Source: Heterodontus francisci (lineage: Eukaryota). From it: a stretch of DNA of 64,000 bases. Below are positions 12,985 through 25,513 of the stretch, one piece after another. The translations under genes were made by a program, and so were the position numbers. The notes below the pieces were generated by a model. The model worked only from the letters and a program-made list of their open reading frames with translations, had not been told where the DNA came from and ran no database searches. Each line of letters begins with the position of its first letter. The stretch's first letter is position 1. The stretch lies in assembly GCF_036365525.1 (NCBI RefSeq), contig NW_027140532.1, forward strand, positions 1-64,000, read 5' to 3'.

Positions 12985-13230
12985 TTCACCAAGATGGTGG
13001 TGGGCTTCCCTCACATTCCATCCCTTTACCAAGATGGCGACACAAAACTGCGGTGTCACCCGTCCATTCCTTTACCACGATGGCGACACAAAGCTGTAGT
13101 CCCACCCGTCCATTCCTTTACTAAGATGGCGACACAAAAAGCTGTAGTCCCACCCGTCCGTTCCTTTACTAAGATGGCGACATAAAAGCTGTGGTCCGAC
13201 CCGTCCATCCCTTTGCCAAGATGGTCGCGA
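12985..13230. repeat. ~46-48 bp minisatellite (6 units), each with a YY1-like AAGATGGCG motif or variant
   Basis: Motif starts at 12991, 13031, 13077, 13123, 13171 and 13218. Confidence 0.85.
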
Positions 13231-13496
13231 CGCAGCGCACCAGGCTGATCACGTGCTCCAGCAGCCGCGGCGCCGGGGCGAATAAGCGGACGGACCGACT
13301 TCCAGCGGACGATTGGGTGGTCGGACCATATCCGGTATCCTCTTTCTCGCTGCCGGCACCAACGTGACCACCGTCACCAAAGTTCGTTTTCGCGGAGAAT
13401 GTAAATGAAAATAAGAGAATTGGATTAAAACTGCAGTCAAAGGGAAGCGGCGGTGGGGCAGCTGGCAGTTTACAGTTGGAGGTTTTTTTGAGCTCC
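13225..13496 (+). promoter_or_regulatory. CpG-rich NOP9 promoter/5'UTR with inverted CCAAT box (ATTGG 13312-13316)
   Basis: High CpG density directly upstream of the NOP9 ATG. Confidence 0.55.
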
Positions 13497-13650
13497 ATGG
13501 GGCTGAAGAAGGAGGGGGATCGGACTGGGCCCAACTCTGGGGCCGGGCCTGGGGATAAGCGGCCCCAACGGGTGGCCGGCTCCACCGTGGGCTATTTCCG
13601 GAGGGTAGGCGATGCCCTGGAGCAAGGGTTCGAGGAGAAGGAAGAAAAAG
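13497..13650 (+). CDS. NOP9: NOP9 (Pumilio-repeat nucleolar protein) exon 1
   Basis: ATG (ccATGG); STVGYFRRVGDALEQGFEEKEEK resembles human ALGYFRRALSALKEAPETGEER; gtgagt donor. Confidence 0.88.
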
Positions 13651-14028
13651 GTGAGTGTGTGAGGAGGGGCTACACTTGGCCTCCACTTGGCCTCAGTGCC
13701 CCTGGGTGGGGTGGGGTGGGAGGAGAGTTCAGAGTGGGTGTGATCAGGCAGGGTTGCTGCTCCAGTGACTCCTGCTTTGGAAGTCCTGCAAAGGACGTGG
13801 ACAAGATCCAGGCTGGACTGTGATGCCTACCATGGCCAAATATCCCCCCTTCCCCCCCAACACTGCACCAGTGAAGAACCTGGGTGGTCGGCATGCTTGT
13901 GATCCGTTTCCCCACGAGGAGGTCGGTAGTAAATTAAGAAACAGATTCTACGAAGGGGGTGGGAATGTAAGGTCTGTCAGTGGATGGATTAAGAGGGGCT
14001 GAATGGCCTTCCTCTGGCATAATTACCT

Positions 14029-15154
14029 TGTGATTGACTTATGTATTTCTAACTATCTGTATTTATCTATCTATATTGTTTTGGCCAAATGAGGAGGAGG
14101 GGGGTCACAGTCGCCCCTCTTGCCCTTCCTCTTATTTGACCACAACAAGGTTTATTCCTTTTCTTTTTAAAACAGTAGTTGTGCTTACCCCCTCCGTGAG
14201 TGTTTTACCTGTAGTTTGATCGTGAAAGAACCATTCGGACAGGTTTTCTTGAATTTAAACAAGAAAGAGGTAAGTTTATTACGCTCAACAAGCTAAACCC
14301 GATCTAAAATGATAAAAAATACGGGACACATTCGCACACATGTTAACATGAGAATCTCACACACACGTAAATAGGTTATAATGTGGAAAGTAGGTTTTTT
14401 GGTTGGATTTAAAGTCCAGAATAAATAAAAGTTAAATCCACAGTCGTGAGGTTGGATGATCCGGTGGTCTTCCGGCTGGAGTTGTATTCTTGAAGTCTTT
14501 GGCTGGTCAGTGTGCACTTTGTGGTTGGCCTGCTTTGCTCAGGGCTTTCTTGAGGGCAGATTTGTAGGTGACTCTTTTCCCCTGGTCTCTGGCTGTAGCA
14601 GTCTGTAGACTTGGAGGGTCCATGGTTGCAGAAGGTTTTCAAACTTGATGTTTTCTGGAGAGAAAGAAAGGGAGGTACACCGCCTTCTCTGCTGCTGCAG
14701 TTTCAGTTACTGTTTGTCTCTTGTCTGTGTAACAAAACTCCCAGTTTTTTCAGAGATGGACAGTCCCATGACTGCCCCCAGGTATTCTCTGGAACCTTCT
14801 AATGAGATACAGGGTTCAGAATTAGCTCCACAGGCCCCAGGATACCACTTGGAGGGGTTTGCTCTTTCAAAGTTGATGTGTCAGGATTGCCTTGACTGTC
14901 GTGCTAATGAAGCAATCCTAGGTAATTCAGTTACTTAGAGCAAGCCATTGTTCTGGTTCCAGGGTCTCGGACTCCTGTCTCCGGTTGGTTGGGCTTTGGA
15001 ATGTGCAAAGGTGTTTCAGATGCAAATTGCAGTGGCCATCTTGGCTGCCAGTTTCTTCAAAGTTAATTTTAGGGTTTTCCCCAATTAAAAATCTAATGTA
15101 AGTTTCCAACCCAAGAATTAATATTTCTCATTTGACGTATGGGATTTTCTTGAC
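14029..15154. repeat. Possible LTR-like interspersed repeat in NOP9 intron 1
   Basis: TG...CA-bounded non-coding block with a reverse-strand AATAAA; no TSD confirmed. Confidence 0.25.
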
Positions 15155-15310
15155 AATATGCAGATACAAATAAGCAGATAACCCAGCCCTCGACTGCCAG
15201 AGCTCCTGAGAGGTGGGAGCCCCTTCCCCTTTGACTCCTCAGCAAACCCCTGCCTGACCTCGGCTCGCTTCTAACCTCTGACCCCACCTTTTTTTTTTTT
15301 GCCTTCCCAG

Positions 15311-15748
15311 ATCTCTTCATCGCCAACGTCTTGGAAGAAGTGTGGGGTCAGGAACTGAACCTGTGCACCCACGCCTCGGTCAGCATAGTCCTGGAACGGC
15401 TCCTAGGGCACTGTGGCGGCCCGCATCTGCGCCGCTTCCTGGGTGCCCTCCGGCCCCACTATGCCCAGCTCAGCTGCCACCGCTGCGGGGCCCACGTCGT
15501 GCAGACGGCGCTGCTGCAGGCAGCCAGGCTCGGGGGCCAGCTGCAGGCCGTGGAAGAGGAGACGTCCGACGGTGGGAGTCTGGAGGCGCTGATCCGGGAG
15601 CTGAGCGCCAGCATCCGGGAGAGGCTTCTGGACTGCGCGCGGGACGCCCAAGGGAGCTTCGTACTTCGGACGCTGCTGCAGGTCCTTGGGGGAACGGTCC
15701 TGAGCACGGAGGACAGGAAGAGAAACCCTCGCCAAAAGGCTGCTCGCG
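15311..15748 (+). CDS. NOP9: NOP9 exon 2
   Basis: DLFIANVLEEV...LSCHRCGAHVVQTALLQ...GSFVLRTLLQVLGG; ccag/gtgagt; phase 1-1. Confidence 0.95.
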
Positions 15749-15784
15749 GTGAGTCCCACAGCCTCTGCCCTCTTTAAAACATGA

Positions 15785-17272
15785 AAGCAAAATACTGTGG
15801 ATGCTCGAAATGTGAAATAAAAACAGAAGCGTGCTGGAAATACTCAGCGGGTCTGGCAGCACCTGCGGAGAGGGAAGCAAGCGTTAACGTTTCAGATCGA
15901 TGATCCTTCATTCAGCTGCAAATTCTAGAGATGCAAAATCCTGAGGGTTACTGTGGGCCAGAAACTGAACTGGAGTAGCCATATAAATACTGTGGCTACA
16001 AGAGCAGGTCAGAGGCTAGGAATGCTGCGTCGAGTAACTCACCTCCTGACTCCCCAAAGCCTGTCCACCATCTACAACGCACAAGTCAGGAGTGTGATGG
16101 AATTCTCTCCACTTGCCTGGATGGGTGCAGCTCCAACAACACTCAAGAAGCTCGACACCGTTCAGGACAAAGCAGCCAGCTTGATTGGCACCTCATCTAC
16201 AAACATTCACTCCCTCCACCACCAATGCACAGTGGCAGCAGTGTGTACCATCTACAAGATGCCCTGCAGCAACTCACCAAGGATCCTTAGACAGCACCTT
16301 CCAAACCCACGACCTCTGCACTTAGAAGGACAAGGGCAGCAAACACATGGGAACACCACCACCTGCAAGTTCCCCTCCCAAGTCTCACACCATCCTGACT
16401 GTCGCTCGGTCAAAATTGTGGAACTCCCTTCCTAACAGCACTGTGGGTGTAGCTACACCCCAGGGTTCAAGAAGGCAGCTCACCACCACCTTCTCAAGGG
16501 CAGTTAGGGACGGGCAGCAAATGCTGGCCTGGCCAGTGATGCCCGCATCCTATGAATGAATAATTTGAAAAAAAGGTTTTAAGCAAGCACAGAGATAAGG
16601 AAAGTGAGGGAGGAGAATAAAAGGGAAGGTCTCTGAGCGGGCAGCAACGCACGAGAGATTAAATAACGAAAGGGAGGATGGTACAAGGCAGAAGGGGATG
16701 GTAACGGTGTAAGTAAAGGAACAAATGATGGGTCTGCAGGAGGTGTAAATGGCAGCAGCAGAATCATTACCAACAGCAGAGGCTCTGTTCTGAAATTGTT
16801 GAGCTGGATGTTGAGTCTGGAAGGCTTTGCAACGTTACATGGAACGATGAGGGGCTGTTCCTCGAGCTTATGTTGAGCTTCAGTGGAACAGTGTAGGAGT
16901 CTGGGTGCAATGCAGTCAGAGTGGGAGCGGAGCGGTGAATTAAAATGACAGGCATCTGGGAGCTCAGGGTCACACTTACGGACTGAGCGGAGGGGGTTCC
17001 ACAAAAACAGTCGCCCAGCCTGTGTTTGGGCTTCCAGTGTAGAGGAGACTGCATCGTGAACAGCAAACACAGTGTACTGAATTGAAAGGGGTCTCCTGTA
17101 ATTCGCTGTTTCACTTGGGAGGAGTGTTTGAGGGTCTTGGTAGGTGGGAAAGGAGGAGGTAAAAGGGCAGGTATTGTGAAGGATCATCAACCTGAAACGT
17201 TAACTCTTGTTTCTCTCTCCACAGATGCCGCCAGACCTGCTGAGTATTTTCAGCATCTACTGTTTTTATGTC
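15785..17272 (-). mobile_element. Penelope-like element relic (GIY-YIG C-terminus) with inverted terminal repeats (15785-15915 vs 17178-17272), interrupted by a LINE at 15945-16575
   Basis: ORF 16579..17190(-) contains ACHFNSPLRSHSD...LLHCSTEAQHKLEEQPLI; CAGATGCTGCCAGACCTGCTGAGT-type termini in opposite orientations. Confidence 0.7.
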
Positions 17273-17404
17273 AGTTCTTTAACATGTTGTTTTCTCTTCA
17301 ATCAGTCGTGAGACAGTTGCCACTTAATTCCAATAACAGCATTTATGTATGTAGTGTCCCAAGCTGCTTCACAGAAGCATTAGAAACCAAATAGGACACA
17401 GGCT

Positions 17405-18710
17405 GAATCTAATCGAGGTGTTCGGGTGGTTTATATATAGAATAACAGATACCCGGGAGTGAGTTACAGACTGGAATCTAATCGAGGGGTTCGGGTGGTT
17501 TATATATAGAATAACAGATACCTGGGAGTGAGTTACAGACTGGAATCTAATCGAGGGGTTCGGGTGGTTTATATATAGAATAACAGATACCTGGGAGTGA
17601 GTTACAGACTGGAATCTAATCGAGGGGTTCGGGTAGTTTATATATAGAATAACAGATACCCGGGAGTGAGTTACAGACTGGAATCTAATCGAGGGGTTCG
17701 GGTGGTTTATATATAGAATAACAGATACCCGGGAGTGAGTTACAGACTGGAATCTAATCGAGGGGTTCGGGTGGTTTATATATAGAATAACAGATACCCG
17801 GGAGTGAGTTACAGACTGGAATCTAATCGAGGGGTTCGGGTGGTTTATATATAGAATAACAGATACCCGGGAGTGAGTTACAGACTGGAATCTAATCGAG
17901 GGGTTCGGGTAGTTTATATATAGAATAACAGATACCCGGGAGTGAGTTACAAACTGGAATCTAATCGAGGGGTTTGGGTGGTTTATATATAGAATAACAG
18001 ATACCCGGGAGTGAGTTACAGACTGGAATCTAATCGAGGGGTTCGGGTAGTTTATATATAGAATAACAGATACCCGGGAGTGAGTTACAGACTGGAATCT
18101 AATCGAGGGGTTCGGGTAGTTTATATATAGAATAACAGATACCCGGGAGTGGGTTACAGACTGGAATCTAATTGAGGGGTTCGGGTAGTTTATATATAGA
18201 ATAACAGATACCCGGGAGTGAGTTACAGACTGGAATCTAATCGAGGGGTTCGGGTAGTTTATATATAGAATAACAGATACCCGGGAGTGAGTTACAGACT
18301 GGAATCTAATCGAGGGGTTCGGGTAGTTTATATATAGAATAACAGATACCCGGGAGTGAGTTACAGACTGGAATCTAATCGAGGGGTTCAGGTGGTTTAT
18401 ATATAGAATAACTGATACCTGGGAGTGAGGTACAGACTGGAATCTAATCGAGGGGTTCGGGTGGTTTATATATAGAATAACAGATACCTGGGAGTGAGGT
18501 ACAGACTGGAATCTAATCGAGGGGTTCGGGTGGTTTATATATAGAATAATAGATACCCAGGAGTGAGTTACAGACTGGAATGTAATCGAGGGGTTCGGGT
18601 GGTTTATATATAGAATAATAGATACCCGGGAGTGAGTTACAGACTGGAATCTAATCGAGGGGTTCAGGTGGTTTATATATAGAATAATAGATACCCGGGA
18701 GTGAATTACT
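17405..18710. repeat. 69-bp tandem repeat, ~19 copies, in NOP9 intron 2
   Basis: Unit GAATCTAATCGAGGGGTTCGGGTGGTTTATATATAGAATAACAGATACCCGGGAGTGAGTTACAGACTG; starts at 17405, 17474, 17543 ... 18647. Confidence 0.97.
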
Positions 18711-19293
18711 GGATGGAACCAAAAGAGATATTAGGTCAGAATACCAGAAGCTTGATGAAAGGTGTGTCATAAAGGGACAGTGAGGTTGAAGGAGGGTATT
18801 CCACAACTTTAGGTCCTAGGCTCCTGAAGGCCCTACCACCATGGTGGAGGGATTAAAATCAGGGATGCTCAGGCCAGAATTAGAGGAGTGCAGAGATCTG
18901 GAAGGGTTGTGAGGCTGGAGGATGTTACAGAGATAGAGATGGGGCGAGGCCACAGAGGGATTTGAAAACAAGGATGAGAATTTTTAAATTCTCACCAGGA
19001 GCCAGTGTAGGGGTCTCTTGCTGTTGCTTAGGAACAGGCTTGTACCTCGTGCACACACGTCCCAGAGAATATTAAAACTGCCCTCTGTCTTAAAGGCACA
19101 CAGACCCCCCCCACCCCCCACCTTTAGTTTTTAAAGAGCGAAGAAAAAACACTTCCATGACGATATATAAACCACCTGAACCCCTCGATTAGATTCCAGC
19201 CTGTAACTCACTCTGTATCATCTCGTATTGTCTACATAAACCACCCGAAACCCTCCCGTGTGTCTCATAGCGACAGGTGTTGATTCCTTTCAG

Positions 19294-19401
19294 GGGCCAA
19301 GCGTGATATCCAAGTTGGAAATGCGACAGAGTTTGACGTTCCGGAAGGATTCTTGGAGGAGCTGCACGATTTGGCAAAGCTGCTGGAGGCGAACGTGAAA
19401 G
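19294..19401 (+). CDS. NOP9: NOP9 exon 3
   Basis: EFDVPEGFLEELHDL resembles human DFEVPETFLNRLQDL; ttcag/gttagg; 108 nt, phase 1-1. Confidence 0.92.
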
Positions 19402-19770
19402 GTTAGGCCCCACGATTATCACCAGACCCAGGAATACGGTTTCAAGCCGTGGTGATTGTGCACTGGCCCTCAGAGTCTTTGAGAGACACTGAAATAAGGA
19501 ATCAGATCTGGTGGAGGCCATTTGGCCCTTTGACTGTGTTCTGCCATTCAGTAAGATCATGGCTGATCATCTACCTCAATTCCTGCGCTATCCCCGTATC
19601 CCTGAATTCCTCTAGCACCCTGAGGGATGCTGAGGCCGCAGGTCAAAAAGCTGCAATCTTACAGTAACACCACCCCCCAGCCCCCCAACCATTTCCCGGG
19701 TGTCTTGCTTTTTCTGAGCTTCCGCGTGTATGCATGAAAAGGAATACTTCTCCCCGTTTTCTCTCGGCAG

Positions 19771-19912
19771 TGTTTGTGACCCATCCCATCGCCAGTCCGG
19801 TGTTGCAAGTTGCTCTCCGGGTCCTGAGCCGGAAGCTGCCGGCCGTCTCCGGCGAGCTGTGCGGTGCCGTCATCAAGTATCTGGGGTCGCTGGGGCAGGC
19901 GGAGGGATGCAG
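19771..19912 (+). CDS. NOP9: NOP9 exon 4
   Basis: VFVTHPIASPVLQVALRVLSRKLP...LCGAVIKYL; gcag/gtaac. Confidence 0.95.
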
Positions 19913-20049
19913 GTAACTTTTTCTGTAACTGTTTCTTACACACACACTCCACCACCCTGCCCCCTCCCCCCCACTCCACCTCACCACCACCCACCTCACC
20001 TCCCACACACGCAGACACACACACACACTCCTGCTGCTAAAATACCCAG

Positions 20050-20950
20050 CGGGGTCACAGAATTGTTTCAGCGCAGAAGGAGGCCATTCAGCCCGTCACG
20101 TCCACACTGGCTCTCCTAATGAGCGTTTCACTTCTAGCTTCTCCTCATAACCCTGCACATTCTTCCTTTTCATATTAACGTCTAATTCCCTTTTGAATGC
20201 TCCAGTTGAACCTGCCTCCACCACGTTCTCAGGCAGCGCATTCCAGACCTTAAACCACTCGCTGCGTGAAAAAGTTTTTCCTCATGTCGCTTTTGCTTCT
20301 CCTACCTTTAAATCTGTGCCCTCTCATTCTCGATCCTTTCACGAGTGGGAACAGTTTCTCCCTATCTACTCTGTCCAGACCCCTCATGATTTTGAATACC
20401 TCGATCAAATCACCTCTCAGTCTTCTCTCCTCCAAGGAAAACAGTCCTAACTTCTCCAATCTATCTTCATAACTGAAATTCCTCATCCCTGGAACCATTC
20501 TTGTAAATCTTTTCTGTACTCTCTCCAATGCCTTTACATCCTTCCTAAAGTGCGGTGCCCAGAATTGGACGCAATACTCCAACTGAGGACGAACTAGTGT
20601 CTTATACAAGTTCAACATAACCTCCTTGCTCTTGTACTCTGTGCCCCTATTAATAAAGCCCAGGATACTGTATGCTTTATTAACCACTCTCTCAACCTGT
20701 CCTGCCATCTGAAATGACTTATGCACATATACATCACCCAGGTCCCTCTGCTCCTGCGCCCCCTTTAGAATTGTACCCTTTATTCGATATTGTCTCACCA
20801 TGTGCTTCCTACCAAAATGTATTATTTCACTTTTCTCCGCATTCATCTGCCACCTGTCTGCCCATTCCACCAACTTGTCTATGTCCTTTTGAAGTTCTAC
20901 ACTATCCTCCTCACACTTCACAATACTTCCAAGTTTCGAATCATCTGCAT
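20050..20950 (-). mobile_element. CR1 LINE RT 3' half
   Basis: ORF 20250..21029(-) contains ADDSKLG...LYKTLVRPQLEYCVQFWAPHFRKD. Confidence 0.9.
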
Positions 20951-21170
20951 AAAAGCAAAATACTGCGGATGCTGGAAATCTGAAATAAGAGCAAGAAATG
21001 CTGGAACCACTCAGCAGGTCTGGCAGCATCTGTGGAGAGAGAAGCAGAGTTAACGTTTCAGGGTCAGTGACTGCAGAAGGGTCACTGACCCCGAAACGTT
21101 AACTCTGCTTCTCTTTCCACAGATGCTGCCAGACCTGCTGAGTGGTTCCAGCATTTCTTGCTCTTATTTC
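20951..21170. mobile_element. Penelope-derived palindromic mini-element (90-bp arms) with target-site duplication
   Basis: Arms 20982-21071 and 21081-21170 are complementary at 88/90; flanking GAATCAT(C/T)TGCA at 20938-20949 and 21171-21182. Confidence 0.75.
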
Positions 21171-22305
21171 GAATCATTTGCAGTTGCTTCCTGTTTCCTA
21201 CCGTCTGCACCCTGCTTCGGGTTGTAGGAGGTTGAAGAGGGTGTCTGATTCATTATTTCCACGGCCCGAAGCACAGTCACTGCCATTCTGTAGATATGTT
21301 GTCCAGTGCAAAGCAAGATCCTGCAACTCCCAGTGACAGATTTCAGTGGAGGGGAGGAGTGTTGGGTTCCAGGACACTGGGGAGAGCTTCCAGCTGTGAC
21401 CACCGGGAACGGTTTAATGTTGCTTTAACGCTCCCGTCTGAAGGATGGCGGTTCAGTGAATAACTAAGCCCCACAGGAAGAACCCCAAGTCCCATCCCCT
21501 CCCCCAGTCCGTGCTGAGTGAGCTGACCCTAGCCGGGGGAAGGGCTGTAATTGGTACTGAGCCCCACACACAGCAGGAAGAGCCCAGGACAGTGCCGAGT
21601 CAGTCACTCCTGCTCACTATCCAGGGGATTCCTGCTGGAAGGTATGAGATATTAGAGCAAGTGATCAAGAGCTTGATCAACGAGGTGGGTTTTAAGGAGC
21701 ATCTTAAAGGAGGAGAGAGAGAGGCGGACAGGTTTAGGGAGGGAATTCCAGAGCTCAGGGCCCAGGCAGCTGAAGGCACGGCCGCCAATGGTGGAGCGAT
21801 TAAAATCGGGGGGATGCACGAGGCGGGAATTAGAGGAGCTCAGAGATCTCGGAGGGTCGTGAGGCTGGCGGAGGTTACAGAGATAGGGAGGGAAGAGGTC
21901 ACGGAGGGATTTGAAAACAAAGGATGAGAATTTTAAAATCAGGACGTTGACCGGGAGCCAATGTAGGTCAGTGAGCAGAGGGGGTGTTAGGGGAACGGGA
22001 CTAGGTACGAGTTAGGACACGGGGCAGCAGAGGTTTGGATGACCTCCAGTTTACGGAGGGTAGAATGTGGGAGAGCGGCCAGGAGTGCGTTCCAGCAGAG
22101 GGAGGGGACAGATTTGGACGACGTTGGGGAGGTAGACGGTCTTGGTGATGCCGAGGATTTGCGACCGGGAGCTTATCTCCGGGTCCGATAGAGCCGTAAC
22201 AGACGGCCCCTTGAGGAGAGGTACCAGAGGCAGAGGGAATCGGGGAATTACAAATCCGCCTCCCAACAAAAACGCTATCCGTCTTTTTTCCTTGTGTTCT
22301 CCAAG

Positions 22306-22498
22306 TCCCCTCCTGGTGTTCCTGAAGGACAAGGTGAGCAGTCGCCTCCTGGAGAACATCATCCAGGCGTCGGATAAGAAGCTCTTCCGGAAGCTCTACA
22401 AGTCGCACTTCAGAGGGCAGTTGGTGTCCCTGGCCCTCCACCCCATCGCAAACTACACTGTTCAGCGGCTGCTTGCAGCCAGCCCATCACAGAAGCTG
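22306..22498 (+). CDS. NOP9: NOP9 exon 5
   Basis: SPLLVFLKDKVSSRLLE...GQLVSLALHPIANYTVQRLL; aag acceptor, gtgagt donor. Confidence 0.95.
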
Positions 22499-22569
22499 GT
22501 GAGTGAGGCCGAGAGGAGAGCCTGTCCGACATCTTGCATTACAAATCTTAACCTCAACGCAGGCGGGCC

Positions 22570-23040
22570 TCTGCTAAGGGTTAGTCGCGACTCAGCGGGT
22601 GGCACTGTCGCCTCTGAGTCAATAGGTTGTGGGTTTCAGACCCCACTCCAGCAGCAGAAATGCAGGTTGACACTCCGGTGCAGTATTGAGGTAGTGCTGG
22701 ATTTGCTGGAGGCGCCGTCTTTCCGATGAGACCATACGACCGAGGGCCCCGTCCGCCCCCTCAGGCGGCCGTAAAAGATCCCACGACCGCCATTTTGAAT
22801 AAGAGCTGGGCTGGGGGGGGGGGAGGGGGACTTCCTCCTGGTGTCGTGGGGCCAATATTTATCCCTCAATCAACATCGCTAAAACACATTGGTCATTATC
22901 ACATTGCTGTTTGTGGGAGCTTGCTGTGTACGAATTGACTGCCATGTTTCCTACATTACCACAGTCTTCAAAAGTACTTCATTGGCTGGAAAGCACTTTG
23001 GCACATCCTGAGGTCATAAATGGCGCTATATAAATGCAAG
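22570..23040 (+). mobile_element. Near full-length Deu-type SINE; related copies at ~37330-37690(-), 38270-38630, 39490-39760, 49380-49810, 50760-50990, 59440-59870
   Basis: tRNA-like head, GCAGTATTGAGG...GCCGTCTTTCCGATGAGAC, GTTTGTGGGAGCTTGCTGTG core, GGCGCTATATAAATGCAAG tail. Confidence 0.75.
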
Positions 23041-23041
23041 T

Positions 23042-25040
23042 AAGAACATGAGAAATAGGAGCAGGAGTAAACCATTCGGCCCATCGAGCCTGTTCCACCA
23101 ATTCTATACCATCACGGCTGATCTCTGGCTTCAATTCCGCTTTCCCGCCCACTCCCCATATCCCTTGATTCCCAACAGACCAAAAATCTATCTATCCCAG
23201 CCTTAAATGTATTCAATGATGGAGCATCCACAAACCCTGTGGGGTAGAGATTTCCAGATTCACAACCCTTTGAGTGAAGTAATTTCTCCTCATCTCAGTC
23301 CTGAATGATTGACCCCTTTATCCTGAGACTGTGTCCCCGTGTTCTAGATTCCCCGACCAGTGGGAACAATCTCTCAGCTTCTACCTTATCAAGCCCTTTC
23401 AGAATCTTGTATGTCTCAATTAGATCACCTCTCATTATTCTAAACTGGAATACAGACCCAATTTACTCAGCCTCTCATCATAGGACCCCCCCGCCCCCCC
23501 CCGTGCAAGTATATCCTTTCTAAAATGTGGAGACCAAAATTGCGCACAGTATTCCAGGTGCAGTCTCACCAAAACTCTGTACAATTTTAGTAAGGCTTCT
23601 TTATTCCTGTACACCAATCCCCTTGCAATAAAGGCCAACATGCCGTTTGCCTTCCTAATTGCTTGCTGTACCTACGTGCTAACTTTCTGTGTTCCTTGTG
23701 CGAGCACACCCAAGTCTCTCTCAACATCAGCCCTTAGAAGTTTCGCACCTTTTTAAAAAAAAATCTACTTTTCTGTTCTCACGACCAAAGTGAATAACTT
23801 CGTACTTCCCCACATTACACTCCATCTGCCATCTCGTTGCCCACTCACTTAACCTGTCTGTATCTCTTTGCAGCCTCTCTGTGTCCTCCCCACAGCTTAG
23901 CTTTCCACCTACCTTTTTATCATCAGAAAACTTAGATACATTACTCTCTGTCTCTTCATCTAAGTCATTAATATAGATTGTAAATAGCTGAGGCCCCAGC
24001 ACTGATCCTTGCACACGTCACTATTCACTACCTGCCAACTCTGAAATGCTCACTCTTTGCTTCCTGTCTGTTAACCAATCCTCTATCCACGCTAATGTAT
24101 CACCCCCAAACTCCATGAGCCCTTATCTTGCCAATTAACCCTTTATGTGGCACTTTATGGAATGCCGTTTGGAAATCCAGGTATGCGACAATTATACTCT
24201 CCCGCCATTGGTGGCACTGCAGCCCCTGTATCACGTCTCCCAGCTCACTGCAGTCCTGTCCTGTCAACACGACTGCTCCACTCCCCCCCCCCACCCCAAG
24301 TTGCTGTAGGTTCTGCTACGAGTCTCAAATCAAATTATAACTAGATGTCTTTAGATTGGGGACTGAGTTCCCTCCACAGACTCTGTGTAGATAGACGCAT
24401 GAGGAAGAAAGGAATAGAAGGACATGTTGAAAAGGCGCGATGGAGTGACATGGGAGGAGGCTCATTGTCAAAGTCACTTATGATGCAGAAGGAGGCCATT
24501 CGGTCCATCGAGTGCATGCCGGCTCTCTGCAGAGCAATCCAGTCAGTCCCACTCTCCTGCATGAACCCCGTAGCCCCCGCAAGTTTATTTCCTTCAAGTA
24601 CCAATCCAACTTCCTCTTGAAGTCCTTGATTGTCTTCGCTTCCACCCCCCTCCTGGGCAGCGAGTTCCAGCTCATTACCGCCCACTGTGTAAAAAAAAGT
24701 GCTTCCTCACAGTCCCTCTGTCTCTTTCCCAAAGCCTTCAATCTGTGTCCCCTAGTCCTTCTACCATCAGTTAATGGGAACAGTTGCTTAACTTACCGAA
24801 GCCTGTCATAATCTTGTCCACCTCTATTAAATCTTCCCTCCATCTCCTTTGTTTTAAGGAGAACAACTGCAACTTTTCGAACCTCACCTTGTAACTAAAA
24901 TCCTCCATCCCCGGAACCATTCTGGTAAATCTCTGCACCCTCTCAAGGACCCTCACATCCTTCCCAAAGCATGGTGACCAGAAGTGGACACAATACTCCA
25001 GTTGGAGCCTAACCAGAGCTTTGTAAAGGTTCAGCATAAT
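23042..25040 (-). mobile_element. Two CR1 LINE fragments (~23042-24190 and ~24480-25040)
   Basis: QGSVLGPQLFTIYINDLDEE...SKFSDDKK; LYKALVRLQLEYCVHFWSP. Confidence 0.85.
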
Positions 25041-25513
25041 TTATTTCATTTGTTCATGGGATGTGGGCGTCGCTGGCTAGGCCAGCATTTATTGCCCGTC
25101 CCTAATTGACCTAGAGAATTTGATGGTGAGTTGCCTTCTTGAACTGATGCAGTCCTTGGGGTGTAGGTATAGGTACACCTACATCACTGACGCACAGTGG
25201 CAGCAGTGTGTACCGTCTACAAGATGCACTGCAGCAGCTCACCAAGGCTCCTTCAACACCACCTTGCAAACCCGTGACCTCTACCACCGAGCAGGCCAAG
25301 GGCAGCAGATGCCGGGGAACACCACCGCCTGCAAGTTCCCCTCCAAGTAGGGGTGGGCAATAAATGCTGGTCCTAGCCAGCGACGCCCATATCCCGCGAA
25401 AGAATCAAATAAAAAGTGCCATTGGGATCCAGGCTGAGCTCCACGAACCTGTCTTGTGGGATGAGCTGGGCCTCGTCCAATCTACTGACCTCTTTCTCTC
25501 TGAATTTTCTTAG

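Noticed and set aside
12985-13230. Repeat-spacer (CRISPR-like) pattern
   Set aside because: Inter-motif sequences are homologous to each other, so it is a minisatellite
17405-18710. CRISPR-like regular array
   Set aside because: Units are contiguous and near-identical with no unique spacers; no cas genes; vertebrate intron
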